Assembly: GCA_963779415.1 (NCBI GenBank)
Contig: CAVZYA010000002.1
Location: forward strand, 768,001 to 832,000
Direction: 5' to 3'
From: an uncultured Acidobacteriota bacterium
GTDB lineage: Bacteria; Acidobacteriota; Thermoanaerobaculia; UBA5066
Length of the DNA: 64,000 bases
Position 1 is the first letter of the stretch. Each line of letters begins with the position of its first letter. Below the pieces are notes generated by a model. That model was not told the origin of the DNA. It worked only from the letters and a program-made list of their open reading frames with translations, and searched no databases. Made by a program: the position numbers and the translations under genes. Positions 46,344 through 57,299 of this stretch are shown here, one piece after another.

Positions 46344-46945
46344 GCGACAGCCGGCCGGGGAGGGCGTCGCCACTCCCGGAGCGCGTAAACGCAGAGAACG
46401 AGGAAGACGACGTAGAGGAGCGCGGTCAGCTCGAGGCGCTGGACGAGGAAGAGCCCGACGTAGCCGACGTCCACGAGGATCCAGACGATCCAGCACTCGA
46501 AGACCTTCCGCGCCTGCAGCCACTGCGCCACGAGGCTGAACGCCGTCAGCGTGGCGTCGGGCCAGGGGTTCGAGGCGTCGGTCCGCGCCGCCATGAGGGC
46601 GCCGAGGGTGAGGCTCACCCCCGTCCCGGCGACTCCCCAGAGGGCCGCCGCGCGGCCGGAGAGCCGCGTGACGGGAAGCGTGTCGTGCCCTTCGCCCGTC
46701 CCTTTCCACCAGTGAAACCATCCGTAGAGCTGGAGGACGAGAAAGACGAACTGCAGGCCCATGTTCGCGTAGAGCCGCGACTGGCCGAAGACCCACGCGT
46801 AGGCCGAGACGCAGACGATCCCCGCCGGCCATCCCCAGACGCTCTGGCGCGCCATGAGCCAGACGGAGAGGAAGCCGGTCGTGGCGCCCAGCATCTCCCA
46901 CGGCGAGGCGCCCAGAATGCCGTGGAGAAGATCGGCCGCGCTCAC
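46340..46945 (-). CDS. pnuC: PnuC-family nicotinamide riboside transporter
   Basis: 'WGWPAG', 'LQ..F....YGW..W', 'PWPDA', 'WIVWILVD'; adjacent to the NadR-like gene. Confidence 0.88.
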   Translation of the reverse strand: MSAADLLHGILGASPWEMLGATTGFLSVWLMARQSVWGWPAGIVCVSAYAWVFGQSRLYANMGLQFVFLVLQLYGWFHWWKGTGEGHDTLPVTRLSGRAAALWGVAGTGVSLTLGALMAARTDASNPWPDATLTAFSLVAQWLQARKVFECWIVWILVDVGYVGLFLVQRLELTALLYVVFLVLCVYALREWRRPPRPAVA

Positions 46946-46955
46946 GAAGGGCGGC

Positions 46956-47981
46956 TCAAAGGCGCGGGGCGAATCGTTCGCCGCGAACGGGCTCGGCCGA
47001 GGGGACGAAGGTGCCGTTCTTGAGGACGTTCGAGAAGACGAGCGGCCAGCCGTTCCCCTTTCCCGGCTCGGAGGCGTCCTGAAGGTGGACGTGAAGGCTC
47101 GGCTCGAGGCCGCGGCCGCTGCTCCCGACCTGCGCGAGGGGGTCGCCGGCCTTCACCTTCTCTCCCGGCTTGACGACGACGCTGCCGCTCTTCAGGTGGA
47201 GAAAGAACGCCCAGACGTTCCGGCCGAGATCGAGGACGACGAAATTCCCTTCCGGCTCCGCGTCGCGGTCGATCTTTCCGGGGACGCCGTCGGGACGGCT
47301 GCCTTCGACGGCGACGACGGTTCCGGCCGCCGGGGCGAGGACGCTCTTTCCGAACGCGAAGAACTCCTCGTTCTTCGTCCCGGATCCGGCGAACGTTCTA
47401 CCGTCCTTCACGATGAAGAAGTCGGCCGCGAATCGCTGGTCCCGGTAGAGGGCGTGGAAATTCGACCAGACCGTCCGCCCGCCCCACCAGACCGTCCACT
47501 CGCCGTCGAAGGGGAGCCGGAGCGACACTTTCGGCGGCTCGTCCGCGTGTGGCGCCGGAGCCTCGACGGGAAGGCGCCGGGGACCGAGCGCCGTGATCTC
47601 GTCGTTCCGGTCGAAGTCCCACGGGATCGCGACAGGCGTCTTCGACTTTTCGAAGGTCGCGATCCGGAGATACCTTCGGGCGCCGGCGAGGCTGTCGGTC
47701 TTCTCATCGAGAACCGCCGTCTCCTTGCCGAACGCCTCCTTCCAGGAGTTGCGGAGGAGCTCGAGGCGGGAGGGGGCCTCGACGAGGCTTCGCTCCGCGG
47801 GAGAGAGCCGCTTCCAGATCTCGGCCAGCTCGCCGCGATAGAACGCCTGCGTCAGGCGGCGCCCTTCGGCGAGCGTCGCGTCGGAAGCTGTAGCGGCGGG
47901 AGGCGCGGGGCGGGGCGATTCCTTCGGCGGCACGGCCGCGAGGACGAGCGGGGCGAAAAGCAGGAGCGGGCGGACGATCAC
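46956..47981 (-). CDS. Secreted M23-family metallopeptidase with N-terminal DUF3887-like domain
   Basis: Signal peptide; 'LRLPFDGEW', 'FAADF', 'HLKSGS', 'HVHLQ'. Confidence 0.8.
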   Translation of the reverse strand: MIVRPLLLFAPLVLAAVPPKESPRPAPPAATASDATLAEGRRLTQAFYRGELAEIWKRLSPAERSLVEAPSRLELLRNSWKEAFGKETAVLDEKTDSLAGARRYLRIATFEKSKTPVAIPWDFDRNDEITALGPRRLPVEAPAPHADEPPKVSLRLPFDGEWTVWWGGRTVWSNFHALYRDQRFAADFFIVKDGRTFAGSGTKNEEFFAFGKSVLAPAAGTVVAVEGSRPDGVPGKIDRDAEPEGNFVVLDLGRNVWAFFLHLKSGSVVVKPGEKVKAGDPLAQVGSSGRGLEPSLHVHLQDASEPGKGNGWPLVFSNVLKNGTFVPSAEPVRGERFAPRL

Positions 47982-48074
47982 GGGAATCCTCCTCGGGTTT
48001 TCAGGGCGCCCGGTGGGAACGCCGCATCCGGCTATGGTAACGGGCCGGGCTGCGGGACGGGTACCATCAGGACT

Positions 48075-49448
48075 ATGTCGGAAGTCCCCCCGCCCGTGCC
48101 CAGTCCCGGATGGTCGAACCTCGAGGCCGTCTTCGAATCGCTCGGCCGGGTCCTGATCTCTCTCGACGACCAGTTCCGGATTCTGCGCGCGAGCCGGACG
48201 CTCGATACCCTCGCGGGCGAGGGCGCGTCGACGGCCGTGATCGGAAAGCCGATCGAGACCCTGATCGGCGCGCGCCTGTTCGGGCCGGAGGACTCGCTCC
48301 GCGAGGCGCTTCAGGAAGGCCGCCGCGAGGAGGGCCGGCGCGGGGTGCTCCACTGCGGCGAGGACGCGGCGCGCCTCGTCTCCGTCACGACGGCCCCCGT
48401 CGCCGAGAGCGCCGTCAGCTCGTGCGACCCGCGGGCCCGGTACCTCGTGGTCCTTCGCCCCGCCGAGGACGACGACTCGATGCTGCAGAGCGCCATCGCG
48501 ACGCACGGCCTCGTCGCCCGGTCGCGTCCGATGATGCGGATCGTCCACCTCGTCGAGTCGCTCCACCGAAGCGACGCGACGGTCCTCATCACGGGCGAGA
48601 GCGGGACGGGGAAGGAAGTCATCGCGCGGGCGCTACACGCCCAGTCGACGCACGGCGGAGGGCCGTTCGTCCCCGTGAACTGCGCGGCCCTTCCGGGCGA
48701 GCTCCTCGAGAGCGAGCTGTTCGGGCACGTTCGCGGGGCGTTCACGGGGGCCGTGAAGGACCGCGTCGGCCGTCTCGAGATGGCGAGCGGCGGCACGCTC
48801 TTCCTCGACGAGGCCGCGGAGATCCCGCCGAACGTGCAGGTCAAGCTCCTCCGGGTCCTTCAGGAGCGCGTCTTCGAGCGGGTCGGCGAGAGCACGTCCC
48901 GGCGCCTCGGCGCGCGGATCATCGCGGCGACGAACGCGGACGTGCAGGAGGCGATCCTCAGCGGAAAGCTCCGGGAGGACTTCTACTACCGCCTCCGGGT
49001 CGTCCCGATACACATTCCGCCGCTGCGCGAGCGGCCGACGGACATCGAGCTGATCGCCCGGCACCTTCTCGCCCATATCGGAGGGCGCGAGGGACGCTCG
49101 CTGCGTCTCTCCCCGGACACGCTCGCCGTCCTTGAGGCCTGCCCGTGGCCCGGAAACGTCCGCGAGCTGGAGAACGCGCTGGAATACGCGGTCGCGATCT
49201 GCCGCGGGCAGACGATCCACGTCGAGGACCTCCCCCTCGAGATCCAGACCCCGCGACGCGCGACGGTCGAGCCCCCCGCGCCCCGGAGACTCGCGGAGGA
49301 AGCGCCAGGGGCGGAGGGAGAGGAGCAGAGGATCCGCCGCGCGCTGGAGCGGAACATGTGGAACCGCTCGAAAGCGGCGGCCGCGCTCGGGATGAGCCGG
49401 ACGAAGCTCTGGCGCCGGATGCGCGAGCTTCGCATCGGCTTCGCCTGA
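48075..49448 (+). CDS. PAS-domain sigma-54-dependent transcriptional activator
   Basis: N-terminal PAS; GESGTGKE, GAFTGA, 'WPGNVRELEN', Fis-type HTH. Confidence 0.92.
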   Translation: MSEVPPPVPSPGWSNLEAVFESLGRVLISLDDQFRILRASRTLDTLAGEGASTAVIGKPIETLIGARLFGPEDSLREALQEGRREEGRRGVLHCGEDAARLVSVTTAPVAESAVSSCDPRARYLVVLRPAEDDDSMLQSAIATHGLVARSRPMMRIVHLVESLHRSDATVLITGESGTGKEVIARALHAQSTHGGGPFVPVNCAALPGELLESELFGHVRGAFTGAVKDRVGRLEMASGGTLFLDEAAEIPPNVQVKLLRVLQERVFERVGESTSRRLGARIIAATNADVQEAILSGKLREDFYYRLRVVPIHIPPLRERPTDIELIARHLLAHIGGREGRSLRLSPDTLAVLEACPWPGNVRELENALEYAVAICRGQTIHVEDLPLEIQTPRRATVEPPAPRRLAEEAPGAEGEEQRIRRALERNMWNRSKAAAALGMSRTKLWRRMRELRIGFA

Positions 49449-49494
49449 CCCGGGGCCGGTCTTCCCGCAAGACCAGACGATCTCGAAACTCCGC

Positions 49495-49529
49495 TTGACT
49501 TCCGGGAGTTATGAACATATGTTCATAAC
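49495..49529 (+). promoter_or_regulatory. Sigma-70 promoter overlapped by a perfect 22-bp operator palindrome
   Basis: TTGACT-N17-TATGTT; GTTATGAACATATGTTCATAAC at 49508-49529. Confidence 0.75.
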
Positions 49530-49563
49530 GGTTGGCTGAGAGATCGCCAGCCGAAAAGGCAAC

Positions 49564-49962
49564 GTGCCCAGACCCACGCACCTCCGGCAAGTCTCGCTTC
49601 GGCCTTCGATTAAAGGCTTCAAGCCGATCGGTATTCCGATGTCGGAACTCGAGATCCTCTCTCTCCAGCTCGACGAGCTGGAAGCGATCCGGCTGACGGA
49701 CCGGGAAGGCCTTTACCAGGAGGAGGCGGCCGCGAGGATGGGCGTCTCGCGCGTCACTTTCGGTCGGATCCTCTGGGAAGCCCACGAGAAGGTGGCCAGA
49801 GCGCTCTTCGAAGGGAAGGCGCTCGTCATCGGAGAGGGGCCGGTGAAGTTCGAGCCGGGGGTGCGCGGGGTCTGTGCCGTACATGGAGGTCCCCGCCGGC
49901 GCGGCCGCGCCTGCCGGTGCGGACGTGATCCGAGATTGGCGCGGCAAGGAGAAAGGTCATGA
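49564..49962 (+). CDS. DUF134 HTH protein (copy 1)
   Basis: 'MPRP', 'FKP.G', 'DELEAIRLTD.EGLYQEEAAARMGVSRVTFGRIL...KVA.AL.EGK'. Confidence 0.9.
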   Translation: MPRPTHLRQVSLRPSIKGFKPIGIPMSELEILSLQLDELEAIRLTDREGLYQEEAAARMGVSRVTFGRILWEAHEKVARALFEGKALVIGEGPVKFEPGVRGVCAVHGGPRRRGRACRCGRDPRLARQGERS

Positions 49963-50258
49963 TGAACGAGAACAATTTCAATGGCCGTGGCCGGTGGCAT
50001 TCGTCTTCGGTCACAGGAACAATCGGCGTGGGCCAGGGGGGCCCCCCCCGCGGGGGCGGGCGCGGCCGGTGCTTCGGCGGCGGGCGCGGTGAGCGCTGCG
50101 CGACAGATGGGCCCGGTCAAGCCGGGTCCCGGCGCGGAAGCGGCTCTCCGTGGAATCTGATGGAGGCGCTCGAGAGGCGCGTGGCGGAGCTCGAAGCGCG
50201 CGTCACTATCCGGCCCGAGCCTTCCGGCAGCGATCCGGACGCCCAGGAGCGTGGGTAA
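49959..50258 (+). CDS. Small Gly/Arg-rich protein with C-terminal coiled coil (DUF5320-like)
   Basis: ATGA overlap; 'GGGRGRCFGGGRG'; 'LERRVAELEAR'. Confidence 0.55.
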   Translation: MMNENNFNGRGRWHSSSVTGTIGVGQGGPPRGGGRGRCFGGGRGERCATDGPGQAGSRRGSGSPWNLMEALERRVAELEARVTIRPEPSGSDPDAQERG

Positions 50259-51303
50259 TCCCCTCCCGGAAGCCGTAAAGGGGGCCGGCGCCGTCCTCGC
50301 CGATTCGACCATGATCACCGGGTTCGTCTTCGTCATGATGATCCTGGTCGAATACGGACAGGTCGTGACGGCAGGCCTCCTTGGCCGCTGGCTCCAGCGA
50401 GGGGGTCTTCTCCGGACGGCCGCGGTGGCCTTCGTGGGAACCGTCCCGGGCTGTCTCGGCGCTTTCACGGACGTCACCCTCTACATCCACCGGCTCATCT
50501 CCTTCGGCGCCCTCGTGGGAGCCATGATCGCGGGGAGCGGGGACGAAGCCTTCGTCATGCTCGCCCTCTTCCCGAAGAAAGCGCTTCTCCTTTTCGGGCT
50601 GCTCTTCCTTTACGGGCTCCTCGTTGCGCTGCTCGTCGACAGGCTGGGCCGCCCCCGGTACTACGGGTGCGACTCCTGCCCCGACGGCATCGCGCTCCAC
50701 CCGGAGGAGCTCGCCCTTCCGAGAGAGGCTCTCCTGCGCCGCTCGTTCGGGGCGTGCAGCTTTCCGCGCGCGGCGCTCTGCGGGGCGCTGACGCTCTTCC
50801 TCGCGGCGGTGGCGGCCGGGTGGGTCGGCCCCTCCGAATGGAGCTGGGTCCGGGGGACGATCCTCGCCGTCACTCTGCTCGCGCTGATCGTCGTCTTCCT
50901 CGCACAGGAGCACTTCCTCGAGGAGCATCTCTACCGTCACGTCGCCCGAAAGCACCTTCCGAGGATCTTTCTCTGGGTCGTCGGGATCCTCCTGGCGCTC
51001 GCCCTCTTGAAGGCGGCCGACCTCCCCCTTCAGGAGTGGATTCGAAGCCACCGGGGGTGGGCGCTCGTCGCCGCCGTACTGGTCGGTGTCATACCGGAGT
51101 CGGGCCCCCATATGGTTTTCGTGACCCTCTTCGCGCAGGGGGCCCTCCCCTTCTCGGTCCTGGCCGCGTCCTCGGTGGTCCAGGACGGTCACGGGATGCT
51201 CCCTCTCCTGGCGGAGTCACGATGGGAATTCGTCAAGGTCAAGAGCGTCACGGCGACGGCGGGGCTCCTCCTCGGGGGACTCCTGATGGCGCTGGGACAT
51301 TGA
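50251..51303 (+). CDS. Putative manganese/metal transporter (DUF2899-like)
   Basis: 'PGCLG', 'GDEAF', 'HFLEEHLYRH', 'IPESGPH', 'QDGH'. Confidence 0.7.
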   Translation: MGNPLPEAVKGAGAVLADSTMITGFVFVMMILVEYGQVVTAGLLGRWLQRGGLLRTAAVAFVGTVPGCLGAFTDVTLYIHRLISFGALVGAMIAGSGDEAFVMLALFPKKALLLFGLLFLYGLLVALLVDRLGRPRYYGCDSCPDGIALHPEELALPREALLRRSFGACSFPRAALCGALTLFLAAVAAGWVGPSEWSWVRGTILAVTLLALIVVFLAQEHFLEEHLYRHVARKHLPRIFLWVVGILLALALLKAADLPLQEWIRSHRGWALVAAVLVGVIPESGPHMVFVTLFAQGALPFSVLAASSVVQDGHGMLPLLAESRWEFVKVKSVTATAGLLLGGLLMALGH

Positions 51304-51317
51304 AAGGAAGAAGTGAG

Positions 51318-51764
51318 ATGGGTGAGAAGTTGAAGATCGGAATCGTCATCTGCGGCCGCTATGGAACCTGCGCGGGCGGGAAGTGTTTCCGAGCCCTCCG
51401 CGAGCGGGAGGGGGCGTTCGCCGCGTATGCCGGACGCGACGTGGAGCTCGTCGGCTTCGCCACCTGCGGAGGCTGTCCCGGCGGCAACATCGAGTCCGCC
51501 CCCGACGAGATGAAGCGAAACGGTGCCGAGGTGATCCACCTCGCCACGGGCTTCGTCGTCGGCTATCCGCCTTGCCCGTACCTCGATCACTTCGTCCGGA
51601 TGATTCCCGAGAAGTTCGGCCTGAAGGTCGTCGTGGGGACTCATCCCGTCCCCCAGAAGTACTTCCGGATCCACGAGAAGCTGGGAACGTGGGAGGGCCC
51701 GCGTTGGGAAAAGCTCCTGAAACCGACTCTCGGAGATGAGTCCGTCCGGCTCGCTTACGACTAG
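51318..51764 (+). CDS. CGGC-domain protein
   Basis: 'C...C.GGKCF', 'TCGGCPG', 'IHLATG', 'PCP', 'VGTH'. Confidence 0.85.
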   Translation: MGEKLKIGIVICGRYGTCAGGKCFRALREREGAFAAYAGRDVELVGFATCGGCPGGNIESAPDEMKRNGAEVIHLATGFVVGYPPCPYLDHFVRMIPEKFGLKVVVGTHPVPQKYFRIHEKLGTWEGPRWEKLLKPTLGDESVRLAYD

Positions 51765-51877
51765 GCTCGTCCGGGGACGGTCCCCGGCCGGGCCGGCCCA
51801 TCGGGTGACCCGGGCGTAACATGAAATTTTCCCCTCGCGGTGACCTGACCGCGGATCGACGGGCGAAGGAGGCAACG

Positions 51878-52381
51878 ATGGGAAGCAAGGGACGCCAGAT
51901 CGTCGGGATCGACGTGAAGAAGCTGCTCCGGATGCTCAACGCAGCCTATGCGAGCGAGTGGCTCGCGTACTACCAGTACTGGCTCGGGGCCAAGCTCGTG
52001 AAGGGGCCGATGAAGGACGCCATCGCGGCGGAGCTGACGCTCCACGCCACGGAGGAGCTGAACCACGCCACGCTGTTGACGGGCCGGATCATCCAGCTCG
52101 GCGGCACGCCGGTCGTCGACCCGAAGGAGTGGTTCACGCTGAGCCCGTGCTCCTACGACGCGCCGGCCGATCCCTACGTCTCGGTGGTCCTCGACCAGAA
52201 CATCGCGGGCGAGCAGTGCGCCATCACGGTCTACAACCAGCTGATGAAGGCGACGAAGGACAAGGACATGGTCACCTACAACCTCGCCCTCACGATCCTC
52301 GAGCAGGAGGTCGAGCACGAGGAGGATCTCCAGAGCCTCAAGGAGGACCTCGACCTGATGGTCACGCGCGGGAGCCGGTAG
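51878..52381 (+). CDS. DPS-like/bacterioferritin-related ferritin-superfamily protein
   Basis: 'EWLAYYQY', 'HA.EELNHA', 'RIIQLGG', 'EQCAI', 'EVEHEED'; GGAGG RBS. Confidence 0.85.
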   Translation: MGSKGRQIVGIDVKKLLRMLNAAYASEWLAYYQYWLGAKLVKGPMKDAIAAELTLHATEELNHATLLTGRIIQLGGTPVVDPKEWFTLSPCSYDAPADPYVSVVLDQNIAGEQCAITVYNQLMKATKDKDMVTYNLALTILEQEVEHEEDLQSLKEDLDLMVTRGSR

Positions 52382-52433
52382 GAGCCTTTTCCCGTTCGGA
52401 GCGGCCTTTCGTGGGCCGCCCCGGACATTCTCG

Positions 52434-53454
52434 TCAGTAGCTGGTCTCGTCCAGGACGACAGGGCCCCGGAAGCGGCTGTAGATGAAGGCGGTGTAGCCG
52501 AGGACGAAGGGCATCCCGACGAGGGCGATGACCAGCATGGTCTTCAGGGTGAGCGGAGAGGACGACGCGTTCTGGACCGTCAGGCTCCGCGAGGGATCGC
52601 CGAGCGCGGGGACGAGGTTCGGAAAGAGGCCCTGTCCCATCACGGCGATCAGGAGCGCGATGGCCGCCGACGAGGCGAGGAACGCCGCTCCCGGACGCCC
52701 GCGAGCGAGGAGCAGGGGAAAGGCGGCGAGGGCGACGACGAAAAGGGCCGGCGCGATCCAGGCGGCGGGATGGTCATACGCCTCCCAGAGGTGCCGGGCG
52801 GCGACGCGGGAGAAGAGCGTCACGGCGAGCCAGAGGACGACGAACGCCCCCCAGGCGGCGCGCGCCGTGGCGCGGGCGCGGTCCCGGAGCGCTCCTTCCG
52901 TCTTGAGATTGAGCCATGCCGCTCCCTGCATGACGAACATCGCGACGCCGAGGAGCCCCACGGCGAGAGCGAACGGGTTGAGGAGCGTGAAGAAAGTTCC
53001 CGCGTACTCGCCTTCGGCGTCGAGCGGTAGCCCCCGCACCACGTTTCCGATCGCGACGCCGAAGAGGAGCGCCGGGAGAAAGGAGCCGAGCGCGAACGCC
53101 GCATCCCACGCGGAGCGCCAGGCGGGGCTCTTCTCCTTGCTCCGGAACTCGAGGGAGACCGCCCGCAGGATGAGGGCCAGAAGGACGACCATCAGCGCGA
53201 GGTAGAGGCCCGAGAAGACCGTGGCGTAGACCGCGCGGGAAGGCCGCGAAGAGCGCTCCGCCCCCGGTCAGAATCCAGACCTCGTTGCCGTCCCAGACGG
53301 GGCCGACGGCGTTGAGCAGGATCCGGCGTTCCCGGTCGTTCCTCGCCAGGAAGAGATGGAGCGTCCCGACCCCGAGGTCGAAGCCGTCCAGGATCGCGTA
53401 GCCCACGATCAGGACGCCGACCAGGAGGAACCACGTCGTCTGGAGGTCGGGCAT
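52434..53454 (-). CDS. cydB: Cytochrome bd oxidase subunit II; frameshift near 53235
   Basis: 'LDGFDLGVG', '[10 protein letters not shown]', 'R.VSLEFR'. Confidence 0.9.
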
Positions 53455-53472
53455 CTCAGGCCTCCCTCGGGG

Positions 53473-54811
53473 TCATCCGGGGCTCGCCGGCAGGTGGTCG
53501 TCGCCCTCCGGTCCGTGGAGGACCTCTTTGTTGAGGATGTGGATCCAGAGCGCGAAGAGGAGGAGGTAGATGAGCGAGAACAGGACGATCGAGAAGAGGA
53601 CGTTTCCGGCCGGCACGCTCTTCGAAACCGCGTCCTTCGTCTTCAGCACTCCGTAGACGATCCAGGGCTGACGCCCGACCTCGGCCGTCATCCAGCCGAG
53701 CTGGATGGCGATCGTCGGGAGGGGGATCGACCAGAACATCGCCTTTTGCCACCAGCGGGTCGTCTCGAGCGTCCCCTTCCGCATCAGGAAGACGCCGATC
53801 AGCGCGAGGAGGAGCATGACGTTCCCGACGATGACCATGTGGCGGAAAGCGAGGAACGTGACGGCGATCGGCGGCCACTCTTCCCGCGGGAACTCCGAGA
53901 GCCCCCGGACGGGCGCCTGGAAGTTTCCGAAGGCGAGGAACGAGGTGAGGTTCGTGATCATCACCTCCGGCCCTTCCTTCTTTTCGGTCTGCGACGGCGG
54001 GAGCGACCAGAGGATGAGAGGCGCGCCCTTCTCCGTCGTGTAGAGACCTTCCATCGCGGCGAACTTCGCGTACTGGGTATGAGCCACCTGCTTGGCGTGG
54101 CGGTCTCCCGTCGCGAAGCTGGCCAGGATGCCGACGAGGGAGAGGACCGTCGCCCAGCGAAGTGAAGCCCGGGCGACGTCGGAGCCGCGCTCTTTCAGGA
54201 AGTACCACGCGGAGATCCCCGCGGCCAGGAACCCGCCCGCCACCCAGGCCGAGGCGATCGTGTGGACGTAGCGTGGCAGGGTCGACGGGTTGAAGACGGC
54301 CTCGGCGAAGCTCGGTCAACTCGGCGCGGCCGCCGGCGAGCGTGTAGCCCGCCGGGGTCTGCATCCACGAGTTCGCGACGATGATCCAGAAGCCCGAGAG
54401 GTGCGAGCCGAACCAGACCATCACGGCGGCGAACCACCGCGTGGTCGAGGAGATCCTTTTTCTCCCGAAGAGGAGGAGGCCGAGGAACCCGGATTCGAGG
54501 AAGAAGGCGAAGACCCCCTCGGCGGCGAGCGGCGCGCCGAAGATGTCGCCGACGAAGCGCGAGTAGCCTGCCCAGTTCGTCCCGAACTGGAACTCCATGA
54601 CGATGCCGGTGGCGACGCCGACGGCGAACGTGACCGCGAAGATCTTGAGCCAGAAGTCCGACATCCGCCGGTAGAGGTCCTTGCCGGTCCTCCAGCGGGC
54701 CGTCTCGATCGCCGCGATGAAGAGCGCCATTCCCATCGAGATCGGCGGGAAGAGAAAGTGGAACATCACCGTGAGCGCGAACTGGATCCGTGCCAGAAGT
54801 ACCGTGTCCAT
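53473..54811 (-). CDS. cydA: Cytochrome bd oxidase subunit I; frameshift near 54310
   Basis: 'HFLFPP', 'EFQFGTNW', 'FFLES', 'ANSWMQTP', 'K.AAMEG', 'EVGRQPW'. Confidence 0.92.
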
Positions 54812-54883
54812 CTCGATCAGGCCCTTCCGGGGCCCCGGCCCCGTGCGACGAAAGCTGCGGACGCGACGAAGCGGCTCTTCGTG

Positions 54884-56081
54884 TCAGCAGCCGCCCTGGA
54901 TCTTTTTTACCACTTTCGGTTTCTTCTGCCCCGTGGCCTTCGCCTCCTGGATCATCCTGAGGATCTCCGACCGGGCCGACTCCCGGAACCTCTGGACGTC
55001 GCCGGCCCATCGGCCTCCCGTCGAGACGAGGAGGATCGGCTGGAGGATAGTCCTGTCGAAGGCGGGAAAGCCTCCCGCAAGGAGGGTGACGTTCTCGTAC
55101 CCGAGCTCGGAGAGGAGAAGGGCCGCCGATCGCTCCTGGGCATCGTCGACCCCGACGACGACCTTCTTCAGGTGGCGCGGGCCGAGGACCTCCCGCCACT
55201 CCTTGCCGAAGAGATCCCGGATCGAGGCGTTCACCGAGCCGGGCAGCGGAAAGGCGGCGAAGGCCTTGGGGTCCCTCAGGTCGACGATCTTCATCTGGGG
55301 CTCGCGGTCGACGATCCGGAAGGCGAGTTCGTCCACCGTCATCACCTTCACCGGGTGCGCGGCGGCGAAGGCCGGGTTCGAGACCTTCGCGAGGAGACGC
55401 GCCTTGTAATCGGGGACGAAGAGGAGCAGGACCCCCACCGCGAGAAGGCCGGCGCCCGCCACGCCGGTGCGTGGCGGCGGGGAACCGGAGAGACGGGGCC
55501 CCCGCGGGGTCCACCTTCCGCTCGATCCACGTCGTCACGGCAAAGGCGAAGACGGCGATCGCGATGAGAAGGAAGGCGAAGACGCCGGCCGGCATGTGAA
55601 GGGACTGATAGACCGTGAGCGGACCGAGGAAGGTCGAATCGTCGAACTTCTGGACCCTCGGATAGATCTCGGCGAATCCGAAGATGCCGAGGAGCCCGCC
55701 GCCAACGAACGCCATCGCGTCCACCTTCCCGATCGCGGCGGCGCAGACGCTCGTCCCGGGGCAGTAGCCGCCGAGAAGGAAGCCCACGCCCATGATCGCG
55801 CCCCCCACGATGGCGGGGGCGAGCCACATCGGATTGACGAAGATGACGTCGAGGTCGAGAAGCCCCGCCGATCCGAGGAGAAGGACACCCGCCATCGCCG
55901 TGGCGGCGGCGGTGAAAAAGACCCGAAGGACGGTGAAGTCGTATCCGTAGAAGACGCCAGCGAGCCGTCGGGACGACGAGAAGCCCGCCTGTTCGAGGAC
56001 CGCACCGAAGCCGATCCCGAGGACGAGGGCGACGACGAGGTTGAGCTGGTCGGAGATCAGGTCGGGAACGAACGGACCCAT
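54884..56081 (-). CDS. YeeE/YedE sulfur-compound transporter fused to rhodanese-like domain; frameshift near 55465
   Basis: 'LEQAGFSS', 'GYCPGT'; C-terminal 'IVDLRD...F..F.LPGS.N', 'LGYENV..LAGG'; ends 'QGGC'. Confidence 0.8.
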
Positions 56082-56085
56082 TGCG

Positions 56086-56616
56086 TCACCCCTTCGTCTT
56101 CTGTCCGAGCCAGAGGCCGCGGACGAACCAGGCCAGCAGGTATCCCGTGCCGAAGATTGCGAGCATGGTGACGAAGCCCGCGGTCGACAGGACGGCCATC
56201 CCGCTCAGCGCCGCGCCGCTCGTGCACCCGCGCGCCAGCTGGGCGCCGATGCCGAAGAGCGCCCCGCCGGCCGCCGCGAAGACCCACCGTGTCTTCGTGG
56301 AGACGCGGGGCCCGGCTTCCGTCACGAGCTTCAGGCGATCGGAGACGACGCCCGAGAGGAAGGCGCCGATCAGGACGCCCGCCATCTCGAAGACGAGCCA
56401 CGTCTTCAGCGGGCTCTCCTGTCCGGGACCGACATAGTGCGCATAGAAAGGGGAGGCCTGCGCGTGGGCCGGCGCCACGCCGTCGACCGCCGCGACGACC
56501 ACGCTCTTGAGCGCGCCGCTCGCGCCGAGCCCGCGGCCCGTGACGAAGATGGTCGCCAGCAGGACCATGCCGAGCAGGAACCCGGCGAGGTAGGGATCCA
56601 TGTATTTCTTTCTCAT
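56086..56616 (-). CDS. YeeE/YedE sulfur-compound transporter
   Basis: 'PYLAG', 'GLGASG', 'LARGCTSG'. Confidence 0.85.
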   Translation of the reverse strand: MRKKYMDPYLAGFLLGMVLLATIFVTGRGLGASGALKSVVVAAVDGVAPAHAQASPFYAHYVGPGQESPLKTWLVFEMAGVLIGAFLSGVVSDRLKLVTEAGPRVSTKTRWVFAAAGGALFGIGAQLARGCTSGAALSGMAVLSTAGFVTMLAIFGTGYLLAWFVRGLWLGQKTKG

Positions 56617-56626
56617 CGGACGCCTT

Positions 56627-57298
56627 TCATTCGGCCCCGGCGGACGCACGCAGCGGAGCGGCGGGTGCCTCGGCCGGGAATCGGGATGGCGTGTCTCTCT
56701 CCAGCACCTCGTAGCCGGTGATCATCGCCTTCAGGTTCGACGTCACGGTGCGGCCCGTCGTCATCAGGTAGAGGTGGGCGACAAGGAAGGTCAGGAGGAG
56801 GAAGGCTCCCGCCGTGTGGAGGACCGCGATCGTCTCGAGGCTCCGGACGTTGAGACCGAACACCTCGTTGCGCTGAGGGTACCGGTAGAACATGTAGAGA
56901 AGCCCCGAGACGACGACTACCGGGATGACGAGGAGCTTCAGTCCGGCGTAGGTCAGCTTCTGGAGGGGGTTCAGCTTGGAAAGGACGGTCTTCTTCGTCG
57001 GGTGGGGCGCGTTCCGGAAGATGCCGAAGATGTAGTAGTCCGCCTGCGCCCGCAGGTTCTCCCAGGTCGGGATGTACTGCCTCCACTCTCCCGTCGTGAA
57101 GTGCCAGAAGATCGCGAAGACGATCAGGACGAGGAAGCTCCAGGCGGCGACGGCGTGGTAGCGGACCGCGTGCTCGAACCCGAAGAAGCGAATCGAGCCG
57201 TGGATCTCGAAGCCCGTCACCGCGAGGAAGAGGATGAGGGCTGCCTGGGCCCAGTGCCAGAACCGCTCGAACGACCGGTAGACGTACTCGCGCTTCAT
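56627..57298 (-). CDS. Cytochrome b subunit (thiosulfate reductase PhsC-like)
   Basis: 'ERFWHW', 'TGFEIH', 'NPLQKLTY', 'HLYL'. Confidence 0.85.
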   Translation of the reverse strand: MKREYVYRSFERFWHWAQAALILFLAVTGFEIHGSIRFFGFEHAVRYHAVAAWSFLVLIVFAIFWHFTTGEWRQYIPTWENLRAQADYYIFGIFRNAPHPTKKTVLSKLNPLQKLTYAGLKLLVIPVVVVSGLLYMFYRYPQRNEVFGLNVRSLETIAVLHTAGAFLLLTFLVAHLYLMTTGRTVTSNLKAMITGYEVLERDTPSRFPAEAPAAPLRASAGAE

Positions 57299-57299
57299 T

